A stretch of DNA of 64,000 bases, taken from assembly GCA_965223005.1 (NCBI GenBank), contig CBDCVK010000005.1, forward strand, positions 128,001 through 192,000, read 5' to 3'. A model generated the notes under the pieces. That model was not told the DNA's origin and did no database searches. It saw only the letters and a list, made by a program, of their open reading frames with translations. The DNA comes from Terriglobia bacterium (lineage in GTDB: Bacteria > Acidobacteriota > Terriglobia > JAJPHL01 > JAPKYU01). Position 1 is the first letter of the stretch. The number at the start of each line of letters is the position of its first letter. This document shows positions 19,749 through 29,751 of this stretch, in pieces. The position numbers and the translations under genes were made by a program.

Positions 19749-19793
19749 CTTGGCTGCCAGCGGTATTCCCCGACAGCCCCGGGGCGGGCGGCG

Positions 19794-21157
19794 ATGAGCC
19801 CCGGTCGCTACTCATCAATTTGCTGGCGTTGTCGGTGGTGGCGCTGGTTCTTCTGGTGGTAGCGATGCTGCTGGTACGCCGGGTTTTCAAGAAAGTTGAC
19901 GCCAAACCCAGCCTCGAACCGCAGTCGGGTACCGGCAGGACTGCGGACGATTCCGCCTTCGCTATGGCTGCCTTCCAGGGCGTCATCCAGCGTCTGCGCG
20001 AGCAGGAAAAGGAACTGGAGCGGTTGCACCACGCCGAGCGCCAGCGAGCCCAGCAGAGCGCTCAGCTCACCGCCGCCATCCTGCACAACCTGGCTACCGG
20101 AGTGCTGATGGTCAGCGCGCAGGAACTCATCACCGGGTCGAATCCGGCTGCGAAGGAGATGCTGGGACACCAGCTCCTGGAGGGGCGGAGTTTCCGCGAG
20201 GTCCTGGGACAGACCCGAGAGCTGTCCCACGCCACCTCGGCGCTGGCCGAGATGCTGGAAACCTGCCTGCACACAGGCCAGGGGTTCCATCGCATCACGG
20301 TGCCCTACCGCGCTCCCACGGGCGAAAACAAGGTTCTGGGGGTGGGCATGGCGCCGATTCAGCAGGAGAGCCGGGAGGGCGGTGTCATATGCCTGCTCAG
20401 CGACCTCACGGAGATGGCCGCCCTACAACAGCAGGTACGGCTGAAGGAAAGCCTGGCGGCGCTGGGCGAGATGTCGGCCGGGATCGCCCATGAATTCAAG
20501 AACTCGCTGGCCACAATTTCCGGCTACGGACAATTGATACGTCAGGAAGAGAGTCTGGAGACCGCACGCCAGCATGCGGCACGTCTGGTCGGCGAGACCC
20601 AGTTCCTCACTCAGGTCGTCAATGACTTTTTGAATTTCTCGCGCCTGCTGAACCTAGTCGCCTGCGACGTTTCTACGCGTGAGCTGATCGAGCGGAGCTT
20701 TCAGGAAATTGCCGGGCAAGGCGAGTTCCTTGGGGTGACGCTGGAGTTGGCCGGCGAGTTTCCTACCGTGACGGCCGACCAGACCCTACTGCGGCAGTGT
20801 TTTGCCAACCTGCTGCGCAACGGCTGCGAAGCGATTGCCCAGGGCGGCCGGCCCGGACGCATTGTTGTGGATGGCCAGTTGGAACGAACCGAGAGCAGTC
20901 CGATCCTCCGGCTGCGGTTCACCGACAATGGGCCGGGGATTCCCCCGGAGAACCTCGATAAAGTCTTTATTCCTTTCTTCACCACCAAGAACGAGGGAAC
21001 CGGTTTAGGGCTGGCGCTCGTCCATAAGATTGTGGTGAACCACAACGGGAAGATCCAGGTGGCAAGCGCGGCTGGCGGTGGGACCACCTTTACGGTGACG
21101 CTGCCGCTGGTGGCCACAGGCGCTCCGGCTCCATCAGGTGCAGGCGGTGGCACCTGA
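19794..21157 (+). CDS. PAS-containing sensor histidine kinase (PilS/NtrB-like); start uncertain
   Basis: AHEFKNSL H-box, NLLRN, DNGPGI, PFFTTK, GTGLGL; N-terminal TM. ATG at 19794 is one base out of frame at a C4 run. Confidence 0.85.
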
Positions 21158-21276
21158 GCAGCGCGTTTCCTTGATTTGCGCCACTGCGAGCGCTAAACTC
21201 GGCTTAGTCGAGAATGCGGGTCGTGAATTTGGGCCGCGATCTTGGCTACGGCACGCATGACGGAAGGACGGTTCTT

Positions 21277-21843
21277 ATGAACGGGCATCTCGGGCGAGTT
21301 TCCCAAATGCTGGTCCTGTTGGCAGCGCTGTTGCTGGCGGCGACTGCTTCGGCGCAGTCGCTCGGCGAGTTGGCACGCCGGGCACGGGTGAAAAAGGCCA
21401 GGCAGCCCAAGGCCACCCGCGTCTACACGAACGACACCCTGCCCGGGGGAGGTCGTATGAGCACCGCTGCGGTCACAACTGAGACGAAAGCCAAGCCTGG
21501 GGAAAAGGCAAAAGAAGACAAAACGGCGGAACCGGCAGAAGGCAAGAAGTCCCGGGCCGAACTAGAAAAGGAGTACCGCGAGAGGGCCGGCAAGCTGCGT
21601 GAGAACCTCACCCTCGAGGAGCGGAGACTGGAGGTGCTCAAGCGCGAATTTAACATGGCCAACGTGCAGTTTTACTCCGATCCTAACGCCGCGCTGCGCG
21701 AGCAAACTGCCCGCGCCGAACTCACAGCCCGCCAACAGGAGCTCGAACAGCAAAAGGCCGCCATTGCGGCCGCCCGGAAAGCCATCGCCGACCGCGAAGA
21801 GGAGTTGCGCCGAAAGGGACTACCGCCCGGTTGGGCCCGCTAA
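21277..21843 (+). CDS. Secreted coiled-coil hypothetical protein
   Basis: Signal peptide, SLGELARR..KV/RVYTND motif, charged helical C-terminus ending PGWAR. Confidence 0.75.
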   Translation: MNGHLGRVSQMLVLLAALLLAATASAQSLGELARRARVKKARQPKATRVYTNDTLPGGGRMSTAAVTTETKAKPGEKAKEDKTAEPAEGKKSRAELEKEYRERAGKLRENLTLEERRLEVLKREFNMANVQFYSDPNAALREQTARAELTARQQELEQQKAAIAAARKAIADREEELRRKGLPPGWAR

Positions 21844-21848
21844 TCGGG

Positions 21849-23234
21849 ATGGCCGAACCCCTCCTGCTGGTTGAGGACAAGGCCGAACTCCGCCAGATGC
21901 TGAAGCTGGCGCTGGAAAAAGCTGGGTTCCGCGTCGAGGATGCTGGCGACGGAACTCAGGCCTCTCACCTGCTCCATTCCCAACCCTTCTCCCTGCTGCT
22001 CACAGACCTGAAGCTGCCAGGCCGCTCCGGCCTGGAACTGCTTCGCCAGGCCCAGGAGATGGACCCCGGCATGCCGGTGGTGCTGCTAACCGCCTACGGC
22101 TCGATCGAGGAAGCCGTGCAGGCGATGAAGGGCGGAGCCTACGACTTCATCCAGAAGCCGGTGGACCTGGAACACCTAAAGCTGCTGCTGGAGCGCGCCC
22201 TGCTCCAGCGACAACTGGTGCGCGAGAACCTGCTGCTGAAGGAGGAAGCGGCAGTCCGGTATGGGTTTCCCCGTATCATCGCCGAGCATCCTTCGATGGT
22301 AGCAGTCGCCCGCGACGTGCAGCGCGTTGCTCCAACGGAAACCACTGTCTTGCTGTTGGGCGAAAGCGGCACCGGCAAAGAACTATTCGCCCGTGCCATC
22401 CACTCTCTGAGCTCCCGCAAAGACAGGCTGTTTGTAGCCCTGAACTGTGCCGCCATCCCTGAGGGACTGGTGGAGAACGAACTGTTCGGGCACGAAAAGG
22501 GTGCCTACACCGGAGCTGGGGCGCGCAAGATCGGCAAGTTCGAGTTGGCCCACCGCGGCACCATCTTCCTGGACGAGATCGGTGAGTTGCCGCTGGCGGT
22601 GCAGTCCAAGATTCTGCGAGTGTTGGAAGAGCGCGCCTTCGAGCGGGTGGGCGGCCTCCAGCGGATCGAGGTGGATGTGCGCATTCTGGTCGCCACCAAC
22701 CGCGACCTGCGCCAGGCGGTCGCGGAAAAGAGCTTCCGGGAAGATTTGTACTTCCGCATATCTACCGTTCCCATCACCATCCCGCCGTTGCGCGAGCGCG
22801 ACGCCGACATCTTGCTACTGGCCCGTGCTTTCCTGCACCACTACGCCGGCGAATTCCGAAAGGGTGGCCTGCGGCTTTCGCCGCAAGCTGAGAAGGCCCT
22901 ACTGGCCTACTACTGGCCTGGCAACGTCCGGGAATTGCAGAATAGCATCGAGCGCGCCGTCATCCTTTGCGACCGGGCCTCCGCCTGCATCCAGCCCGAA
23001 GACCTGGTTCTGCAGGCTCCGGCAGTTGCTCACTCCGAGCCGGAGCTGGGCCCCGAGCCGTTCAACTGGGTAGGACCGCTGGAGGAAGTCAGCCGGCGGG
23101 CCGTGACCCTGGTGGAAAAGGCCAAGATTCTGGGGGCCCTCAAGGAAGCGCGCTGGAATAAGATGAAAGCCGCCGAAAAACTGGGCATCGCGTACAAGAC
23201 TCTGCTGGCTAAGGCCCGCGCTTTGAACCTTTAG
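21849..23234 (+). CDS. Sigma54-dependent response regulator (PilR/NtrC family)
   Basis: REC domain, GESGTGKE, ELFGHEKGAYTGA, FLDEIG, WPGNVREL, C-terminal HTH. Confidence 0.93.
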   Translation: MAEPLLLVEDKAELRQMLKLALEKAGFRVEDAGDGTQASHLLHSQPFSLLLTDLKLPGRSGLELLRQAQEMDPGMPVVLLTAYGSIEEAVQAMKGGAYDFIQKPVDLEHLKLLLERALLQRQLVRENLLLKEEAAVRYGFPRIIAEHPSMVAVARDVQRVAPTETTVLLLGESGTGKELFARAIHSLSSRKDRLFVALNCAAIPEGLVENELFGHEKGAYTGAGARKIGKFELAHRGTIFLDEIGELPLAVQSKILRVLEERAFERVGGLQRIEVDVRILVATNRDLRQAVAEKSFREDLYFRISTVPITIPPLRERDADILLLARAFLHHYAGEFRKGGLRLSPQAEKALLAYYWPGNVRELQNSIERAVILCDRASACIQPEDLVLQAPAVAHSEPELGPEPFNWVGPLEEVSRRAVTLVEKAKILGALKEARWNKMKAAEKLGIAYKTLLAKARALNL

Positions 23235-23308
23235 TACAAAGTGCCCGCGGGCGCCTGTGACCGCGGAGACGGTAGCTATCGCACGCGACACGTCACTACC
23301 GAAAGCCG

Positions 23309-23770
23309 ATGCAACTGTTCACCGTCAAGGACACCACCTACGTACTGTTTGAGCCAGATCAGGAAGAGCTGCAGAAGATCGCTGCCGAGGCCGGCTTTCA
23401 GACCGAGATCCAGAAGCAGCAGCGGGCCTTGCTGATCTCGCTGCTCCCCGTCGAGCGGCGCCCTATGTTCTTTGACGCTGCCAACCCACGCCAGGTGGGC
23501 CGGCTGGCAGCGGCCCGCACCTTCGTCAGCGGGAGCACCGGCACGGTGTTCAACACCCCATTCGCCCTGGAACCGCTCAGCAGCGCGGGGATTGGGGTCC
23601 GCTTGGCCACGGAAGTGCGGCAGGACCTGACGCGCAATTTTCCGCACGGCCCCAGCGAAGCCTCACTAATGGAGTTGTTCCAGCAACTGGTCGAAGACCT
23701 GGCCGCCGGTATGGTGGGTGTCTGTGGCCTCTTCCCCCAGAATCAGCCTCCGTCCCATCTCTCTGCCTAG
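23309..23770 (+). CDS. Hypothetical protein
   Basis: 153-aa ORF with protein-like composition and no recognised motif. Confidence 0.6.
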   Translation: MQLFTVKDTTYVLFEPDQEELQKIAAEAGFQTEIQKQQRALLISLLPVERRPMFFDAANPRQVGRLAAARTFVSGSTGTVFNTPFALEPLSSAGIGVRLATEVRQDLTRNFPHGPSEASLMELFQQLVEDLAAGMVGVCGLFPQNQPPSHLSA

Positions 23771-23892
23771 CCCGCCACCAAGCAGCTCAGTGCTGCGCTT
23801 CGGTTGGCAAAGTGCTCCTGGGAAATCTTCCTTCTCCAGGCAGCACAAGGCCAGCACATGGGAGGAGTTGCGGGGTAAAGAACTGCTTGCGA

Positions 23893-24516
23893 TTACTGCT
23901 CAATGTAACCAAAGGCGACCAGACGGGCACGGATCTTTTCCGCCTCCTCCGGCCGGTCAGCAGGCGACCCGGGCGGTTCAATCAGCTGCAGTTGCTCCAG
24001 CTTGGCCAGAACGCGAGCGGCCGAGGCGGCCGGAGGTTCCCCGTCCGTCTCGAGCACCAATTCCGGATTGAGCGGCGCCTCGTAGGGATCATCAACTCCG
24101 GTGAAGTTCTTGATCTCGCCAGCGAGTGCTCGCTTGTACAGACCCTTAACATCGCGCTGGCTGCAAATTTCCACGGGAGCATTCACGTACATCTCCACAA
24201 AATTCTCAATGGTGGCACGAACTTTCTCGCGGGTGGCTCGGTAGGGGGAGATGGCGGCAGCGATGGCCGCCACACCATGCCTACTGAGGATCTGGCAGAG
24301 GAAACCGATGCGCAGGATGTTCGTGTCGCGATCCTCCTTGCTGAAGCCCAGGTTCTTGCACAAATGGGTGCGGACGACTTCGGCGTCCAGAACCTCGATG
24401 GCCCGCCCGCGGCGCATCAGTTCTTCGCCGACCAATTGCGCCAGCGTGGATTTACCTGAGCACGGCAGACCGGTGAACCACAGCGTAAACCCTTTGTTTC
24501 TCATGTTGGGATTCAT
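23893..24516 (-). CDS. cysC: Adenylyl-sulfate kinase with C-terminal extension
   Basis: WFTGLPCSGKST, LGFSKEDRDTN, RDVKGLY, FTGVDDPYEAP; ATGA overlap with sat. Confidence 0.95.
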   Translation of the reverse strand: MNPNMRNKGFTLWFTGLPCSGKSTLAQLVGEELMRRGRAIEVLDAEVVRTHLCKNLGFSKEDRDTNILRIGFLCQILSRHGVAAIAAAISPYRATREKVRATIENFVEMYVNAPVEICSQRDVKGLYKRALAGEIKNFTGVDDPYEAPLNPELVLETDGEPPAASAARVLAKLEQLQLIEPPGSPADRPEEAEKIRARLVAFGYIEQ

Positions 24517-25715
24517 CTGTTGGGATTGCCTGCCTCGCGGCAAGGGACTTGACTGCCGAGATCCTTCTGGCGGTAGGCCTCACGGAGGATTTCCCCCACT
24601 TCAGGCCGTGTGAACTCCACCGGCAGCTTCTGGCCGTCACGGAGCAGTTCGCGCACTTTGGTACCGCTCAGAATCAGCCGCTCCTGCGCCCCGTGCGGGC
24701 AGGTCTTCTCCGACGCGATTTGCCCGCACTTCTTGCAGTAAAAAGTGGCGCCGAAGAAAAGGGGCGTGATGTCCAGCTCGCCCGGCTCAAATTCAACAAA
24801 TTTCCTCTGTGCGTCATAGGGTCCGTAAAAATTGCCGACCCCGGCATGATCGCGACCAACGATGAAGTGTGTACAGCCATAGTTCTTACGGACCAGGGCA
24901 TGGAAGATCGCCTCGCGGGGACCCGCGTAGCGCATCGCCGCCGGATACAGGCTCAGGACGCAGTGCCGCGCTGGCAGCGCGTCACGCAGCAAGGCCAGGT
25001 AGCACTCCACGCGGACCTCAGCGGGCACGTCCTCTTCCTGAGTAGCGCCCACCAGAGGGTGGAGCAGCAGGCCATCGACGGTCTCCAGCGCGCATCTGAG
25101 TATGTACTCGTGAGCCCGGTGAATGGGATTGCGCGTTTGGAAGGCAACGATGGTGCGCCAGCGTCGGTAATCGAACAGGAACCGGGTTTCCTTCGGGTCC
25201 AGCGTGTATTTAGCGAAGGGTCCGCGGTCGGAGCGCTCTAGCAGACTGATGGGCCCGGCCAAGCAGTAGTCGCCGACACTGCGCAGGTAGCGGACGCCCG
25301 GGTGCTGGTCGCTGTCGGTCAGCAGCACGGCCTGCGCTTCGCGCTGCCGGTCATACTGGAACACCTCCTCGAGGTGGAGCACGGCGCGCAGGTGGCCCTG
25401 CGCGTCAGCCAGAGCCACCTCCTCGGGCCCCCCGAGTCGCTGGACCTCCTCTTTAGCGACTGCCAGGGTGACCGGGATGGTCCAGGGGAGGCCGCTGGTG
25501 AGCCGCTGCTGGGTCAGGACGCTTTCATAGTCACGCTGGCCCATAAAGCCCTCCAGCGGCGAGAAGGCGCCAATGGCGATCAGCTCTACGTCGGAGATCT
25601 GGCGCGAGTTCAACTGCAGGCGCGGCAGGCGTTCGGCCCGCTCGTGCCACTGCTGGCGCGCCTGATCTTCCAGCACGCGGTTGATTAGCCTGCCACCGTG
25701 AGGTCGGTTGGACAT
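24513..25715 (-). CDS. sat: Sulfate adenylyltransferase
   Basis: PHGG, FSPLEGFM, FQTRNPIHRAH, MRYAGPREA, GRDHAG; GGAGGA RBS. Confidence 0.96.
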   Translation of the reverse strand: MSNRPHGGRLINRVLEDQARQQWHERAERLPRLQLNSRQISDVELIAIGAFSPLEGFMGQRDYESVLTQQRLTSGLPWTIPVTLAVAKEEVQRLGGPEEVALADAQGHLRAVLHLEEVFQYDRQREAQAVLLTDSDQHPGVRYLRSVGDYCLAGPISLLERSDRGPFAKYTLDPKETRFLFDYRRWRTIVAFQTRNPIHRAHEYILRCALETVDGLLLHPLVGATQEEDVPAEVRVECYLALLRDALPARHCVLSLYPAAMRYAGPREAIFHALVRKNYGCTHFIVGRDHAGVGNFYGPYDAQRKFVEFEPGELDITPLFFGATFYCKKCGQIASEKTCPHGAQERLILSGTKVRELLRDGQKLPVEFTRPEVGEILREAYRQKDLGSQVPCREAGNPNR

Positions 25716-25985
25716 GATCCTCCAGGAATGGGACGCAACAGCGGAGCCTTGCAGCACTCAGACAGCCAAGGAGGAAAAGTCCTCACTGCCGCCCGTCTAG
25801 CACACCCCGGCCCTTCCAGCCTTCATACTGGGCGATCACCCCGTCAAAATCGACCGCAATCGTGCGCCGGGAATTTCTGCCTCTACTGGCCATTCGTCCC
25901 TTTGGAATCTAGTAACATACTCCAGCGGAAAGGGGAGCGTCAATTTGTTGCCTGACACCGGTCGCTGCCCGACGCCGGTCGAGCG

Positions 25986-27398
25986 ATGAGAATCTGCGTG
26001 CTGGGATTGGACTGCGCTGCCCCGGAAATCATCTTCGGGGACGAGCGGCTGCACAACATCCGACGGCTGATGCAGGCGGGTGTGTATGGGCGCCTGGAAA
26101 GCGTCATTCCACCCATCACGGTGCCGGCCTGGATGTGCATGGCAACGAGCCAGGATCCAGGGTCGCTCGGCGTCTACGGTTTCCGCAACCGGACCGACCA
26201 CTCCTACAGCCGGCTCAGCATTGCCAATTCCACTTCTATCCAGCAGGCGGCCATCTGGGATCACTTGGCGCGTCAGGGGAAGCGGTCCATCCTGGTGGGC
26301 GTACCACCAAACTACCCGCCCCGGCGCGTCCACGGCCTCAGCATCGGCTGCTTCCTGACGCCCGACCCGACCAGGGACCCCTTCACCTACCCGGCCAGCC
26401 TCCAGGCACAGATCCGTAAGCGGGTGGGGGAATACCCGGTGGACGTCAAGGGCTTCCGCACCGCGGACAAGCAGTGGCTGAAACAAGAAATTTTCCAGAT
26501 GAGTCAGAAGCAATGGCAGGTGGTGCGCTGGCTGCTCGCAGAGCAGGAGTGGGACTATTTTCACTTCGTGGATATCGGTCTGGACCGCGTGCACCATGGC
26601 TTCTGGCAATATTTTGACTCACAACACCGGCATTACGAAGCAGGAAACCCATATGAGAGTGTCATTCCGGAATACTATCGTTGGATTGACGAACAACTCG
26701 GCGCCGTCGTCGAGCTGCTGGATCGCGAGACAATTCTGCTGGTGGTGTCGGACCACGGAGCCCAGCGGTTGGACGGTGGCTTTGCGATCAACGAGTGGCT
26801 GATCCGCAAGGGGCTGCTGGTGGTAGAGGAGTTTCCCAACGCGGTCACGCCCTTCGAGAAGCTGAAGGTGAACTGGGCGAAAACCAAAGCGTGGAGCGAG
26901 GGCGGCTACTACGCCCGCGTGTTCTTCAACGTAAAGGGGCGCGAGCCGCAGGGTGTGGTTCCGCCGTCCGACTATGAGGCCCTGCAGGACGAGATGAAGG
27001 CCGAATTCGAGGCGCTTACCGACGACCGGGAACGGCCACTGAACTCGGTGGTTTTCAAACCACAGGAAATTTACCGGCATGTGCGGAACGTCGCGCCGGA
27101 CCTCATCGTGCACTTGGGTGGCCTGTATTGGCGCTCGATCGGTAGCGTGGGCTACGGGCGGGTGCACGTGGCGGAGAACGATACGGGTCCGGACGCCTGC
27201 AACCACTCCCAGTTCGGCATGTTCCTACTTGTGGCTCCCAACTGTCCGCCGAGCGGCCCCTACGGAGGCGCCGGCCTGCTGGATATCGCCCCGACGCTGC
27301 TGGATCTGGCCGGCTACGAAATCCCAGGGACTGTCCAGGGGCGCTCGCTGGTCAAAGGAATGGTCAGCAAGCAGGCGGACCTCGCCGGTCAGGGATGA
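25986..27398 (+). CDS. Alkaline-phosphatase superfamily (phosphodiesterase/NPP-like) protein, cytoplasmic
   Basis: LGLDC, PPITVPAW (Thr nucleophile), DRVHH, SDHG, DIAPT; no signal peptide. Confidence 0.88.
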   Translation: MRICVLGLDCAAPEIIFGDERLHNIRRLMQAGVYGRLESVIPPITVPAWMCMATSQDPGSLGVYGFRNRTDHSYSRLSIANSTSIQQAAIWDHLARQGKRSILVGVPPNYPPRRVHGLSIGCFLTPDPTRDPFTYPASLQAQIRKRVGEYPVDVKGFRTADKQWLKQEIFQMSQKQWQVVRWLLAEQEWDYFHFVDIGLDRVHHGFWQYFDSQHRHYEAGNPYESVIPEYYRWIDEQLGAVVELLDRETILLVVSDHGAQRLDGGFAINEWLIRKGLLVVEEFPNAVTPFEKLKVNWAKTKAWSEGGYYARVFFNVKGREPQGVVPPSDYEALQDEMKAEFEALTDDRERPLNSVVFKPQEIYRHVRNVAPDLIVHLGGLYWRSIGSVGYGRVHVAENDTGPDACNHSQFGMFLLVAPNCPPSGPYGGAGLLDIAPTLLDLAGYEIPGTVQGRSLVKGMVSKQADLAGQG

Positions 27399-27444
27399 TG
27401 GCAATACCAATGAACGCAAGCGAGAAACCTGGTAGACCAGCAAA

Positions 27445-29466
27445 ATGACAAGGGGCAGGCTTACAGGCGTTTCACGGGAGGCCAAGATGCTGGCGCTGGT
27501 CCTGGTGCTCTCCGCTGCCCTGGGAACCGCAGCCTGCTGGCTTGCCCCCCGGGGAAACGGCGTGCCCTCCAAGCAGGTGATCGTACTCGGACTCGATGGG
27601 ATGGACCCGGAACTTCTTCAGCGCTATATGCAGGAAGGCAAGCTGCCCAATTTTGCCAAGTTGGCCGCGAGCGGCAGCTTCCGCCGGCTGGGCACCAGCA
27701 CTCCGCCGCAAAGTCCGGTGGCCTGGTCCAACCTGATCACCGGCACCAATCCGGGCGTGCACGGCATCTTTGACTTCATCCACCGCGACCCGGACACTTT
27801 GGTTCCTTACTTTTCAACCTCTCGGGTGGAACCTCCCAAGTACACCCTGCGCTTAGGCCAGTGGGTGGTTCCCATTTCCGGCGGCCGGGTTAACCTTCTC
27901 CGGCAAGGGAAACCCTTTTGGGAAATCCTGGACGACCACGGGATTCCCGCAACCGTCCTCCGGATGCCCGCCAACTTCCCCCCAGTGGAGTCGAACGCAC
28001 GAACGTTCGCTGGCATGGGGACCCCCGATCTTTTGGGGACTTACGGGACATTCTTCTTCTTCACCGACGACCCGCTTATCGAGGCCGGCCCGGTGAGCGG
28101 AGGGCGGATCTACTCGGTGAACGTAGAGGGCGGGCGTGTGGACGCAAGGCTGGAAGGCCCGCGCAACCCGTTTCGCCAGGGTGAACCTCCCGCGACAGCG
28201 GATTTCGCTGTTTGGCTCGACCCGCAGGAACCGGCGGTAAAAATTGCGATTCAAGATCAGGAGATTCTTCTCAAGGAAGGGGAATGGAGCGATTGGGTGC
28301 CGCTGTCGTTCGAGCTGATCCCCTATCTGGAGAGCGTAGCGGGCATTTGCAAGTTTTACCTGAAGCAGGTGCGTCCGCAGTTTCAGCTCTATGTCACCCC
28401 CATCAATCTCGATCCTTCGAGGCCGGCTTTGCCTTTGTCTACCCCCAAGCGCTACGCGCGTCAGCTTTCGAAGCAAGTCGGTTACTTCTATACCCAAGGG
28501 ATCGCCGAGGACACCAAAGCCCTCTCCAGCGGTATCTGGACCGATAAGGAATACGTGCAGCAGGCACGCATGGTGCTGGACGAGCGCCTAAGAATTTTTG
28601 ATATCGAACTCGGCCGCTTTCGTAACGGACTGTTTTTCTTCTATTTCTCCACCTTGGATCAGAATGCGCATATGCTCTGGCGGGCCATGGACGAGCGCCA
28701 TCCCGCTTACGAAACGCAACTGGCAGCCGATTTCGGTGGCGTCCTAGAAGACTTGTATCAGGAAATGGATCGGGTTGTGGGCAAAGTATTGGCGAAACTG
28801 GATCGGCACGCCACCCTGTTGGTAGTGTCGGATCACGGCTTCGCGCCCTATTATCGTTCCCTCAATCTAAACGCCTGGTTGCTGGAAAACGGCTACCTGG
28901 CACTGGAGCCGGGAACGGAACGCGGCGAAAGCGAATTCCTACGCGATGTGGATTGGTCCAGGACGCGCGCCTATGGGCTGGGGCTAAACGCCCTGTATCT
29001 GAACCTGGAGGGCCGGGAGCGTTACGGCATTGTGCCGCCGGGAACACAAGCCCAGGCGCTGCGGGCGGAGATCGCAGCCCGCCTGGAGGAGCTGCGCGAT
29101 CCGCTCACCGAGTCGCCTGTGGTGGCCCGGGCCCACCAGGCGACTGAGGTGTATTCAGGTCCGAAAGTCCGCGACGCGCCGGACCTGCTCATTGGCTATG
29201 CGCGCGGCTACCGGGTCGGCTGGGCTTCTGTGCTGGGAGGAGTTTCCCGGGTGACGTTGGAAGACAATACCGAGCCGTGGAGTGGCGACCATTGCGTGGA
29301 GCCTGCGTTGGTGCCGGGAGTCCTGCTGAGCAACAAAAAGATCGCGGCCGAATCACCCGAGCTGAGAGACGTGGCTCCCACGATCCTGGCCGAATTTCAG
29401 GTCGCCAAACCAGATAACATGGAAGGCAGGTCGTTGTTCGGGGCCCAATCAATGGGTTCACGCTAG
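27445..29466 (+). CDS. Alkaline-phosphatase superfamily protein with N-terminal signal/anchor
   Basis: GLDGMDPEL, PPQSPVAWS, DQNAHM, SDHGF, WSGDHC, DVAPT. Confidence 0.88.
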   Translation: MTRGRLTGVSREAKMLALVLVLSAALGTAACWLAPRGNGVPSKQVIVLGLDGMDPELLQRYMQEGKLPNFAKLAASGSFRRLGTSTPPQSPVAWSNLITGTNPGVHGIFDFIHRDPDTLVPYFSTSRVEPPKYTLRLGQWVVPISGGRVNLLRQGKPFWEILDDHGIPATVLRMPANFPPVESNARTFAGMGTPDLLGTYGTFFFFTDDPLIEAGPVSGGRIYSVNVEGGRVDARLEGPRNPFRQGEPPATADFAVWLDPQEPAVKIAIQDQEILLKEGEWSDWVPLSFELIPYLESVAGICKFYLKQVRPQFQLYVTPINLDPSRPALPLSTPKRYARQLSKQVGYFYTQGIAEDTKALSSGIWTDKEYVQQARMVLDERLRIFDIELGRFRNGLFFFYFSTLDQNAHMLWRAMDERHPAYETQLAADFGGVLEDLYQEMDRVVGKVLAKLDRHATLLVVSDHGFAPYYRSLNLNAWLLENGYLALEPGTERGESEFLRDVDWSRTRAYGLGLNALYLNLEGRERYGIVPPGTQAQALRAEIAARLEELRDPLTESPVVARAHQATEVYSGPKVRDAPDLLIGYARGYRVGWASVLGGVSRVTLEDNTEPWSGDHCVEPALVPGVLLSNKKIAAESPELRDVAPTILAEFQVAKPDNMEGRSLFGAQSMGSR

Positions 29467-29490
29467 GCTGCCCCGCCGAGGAGGCACAGC

Positions 29491-29697
29491 ATGTTCGGTC
29501 CGCGCATCAAGATTGATGACGAGTTGTTTGATAAGGTGAAGACCTGCGCCGAAAAGGCCGGCTACGCCTCGGCGGAGGAGTTCGTCACCCACCTGCTGGA
29601 AAAAGAGGTCGCCCGCCTCCTTGGTTCGGAGGAAGAAGGCCGCGATCCTGAGGAAGAAGTGAAAAAGCGGCTGCAAGGCCTGGGCTATATCGAGTGA
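29491..29697 (+). CDS. Small RHH/CopG-like protein with C-terminal RLxxLGY motif
   Basis: Strong RBS (gaggagg); beta-helix-helix pattern IKIDDELFDKV..AGYASAEEFV..LL; ends EEEVKKRLQGLGYIE. Confidence 0.8.
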   Translation: MFGPRIKIDDELFDKVKTCAEKAGYASAEEFVTHLLEKEVARLLGSEEEGRDPEEEVKKRLQGLGYIE

Positions 29698-29751
29698 AGA
29701 GTTGTTGGCCGGCAACACGCCGGAAGAGGAACGCGGTTCAAGGCGCCCCCG

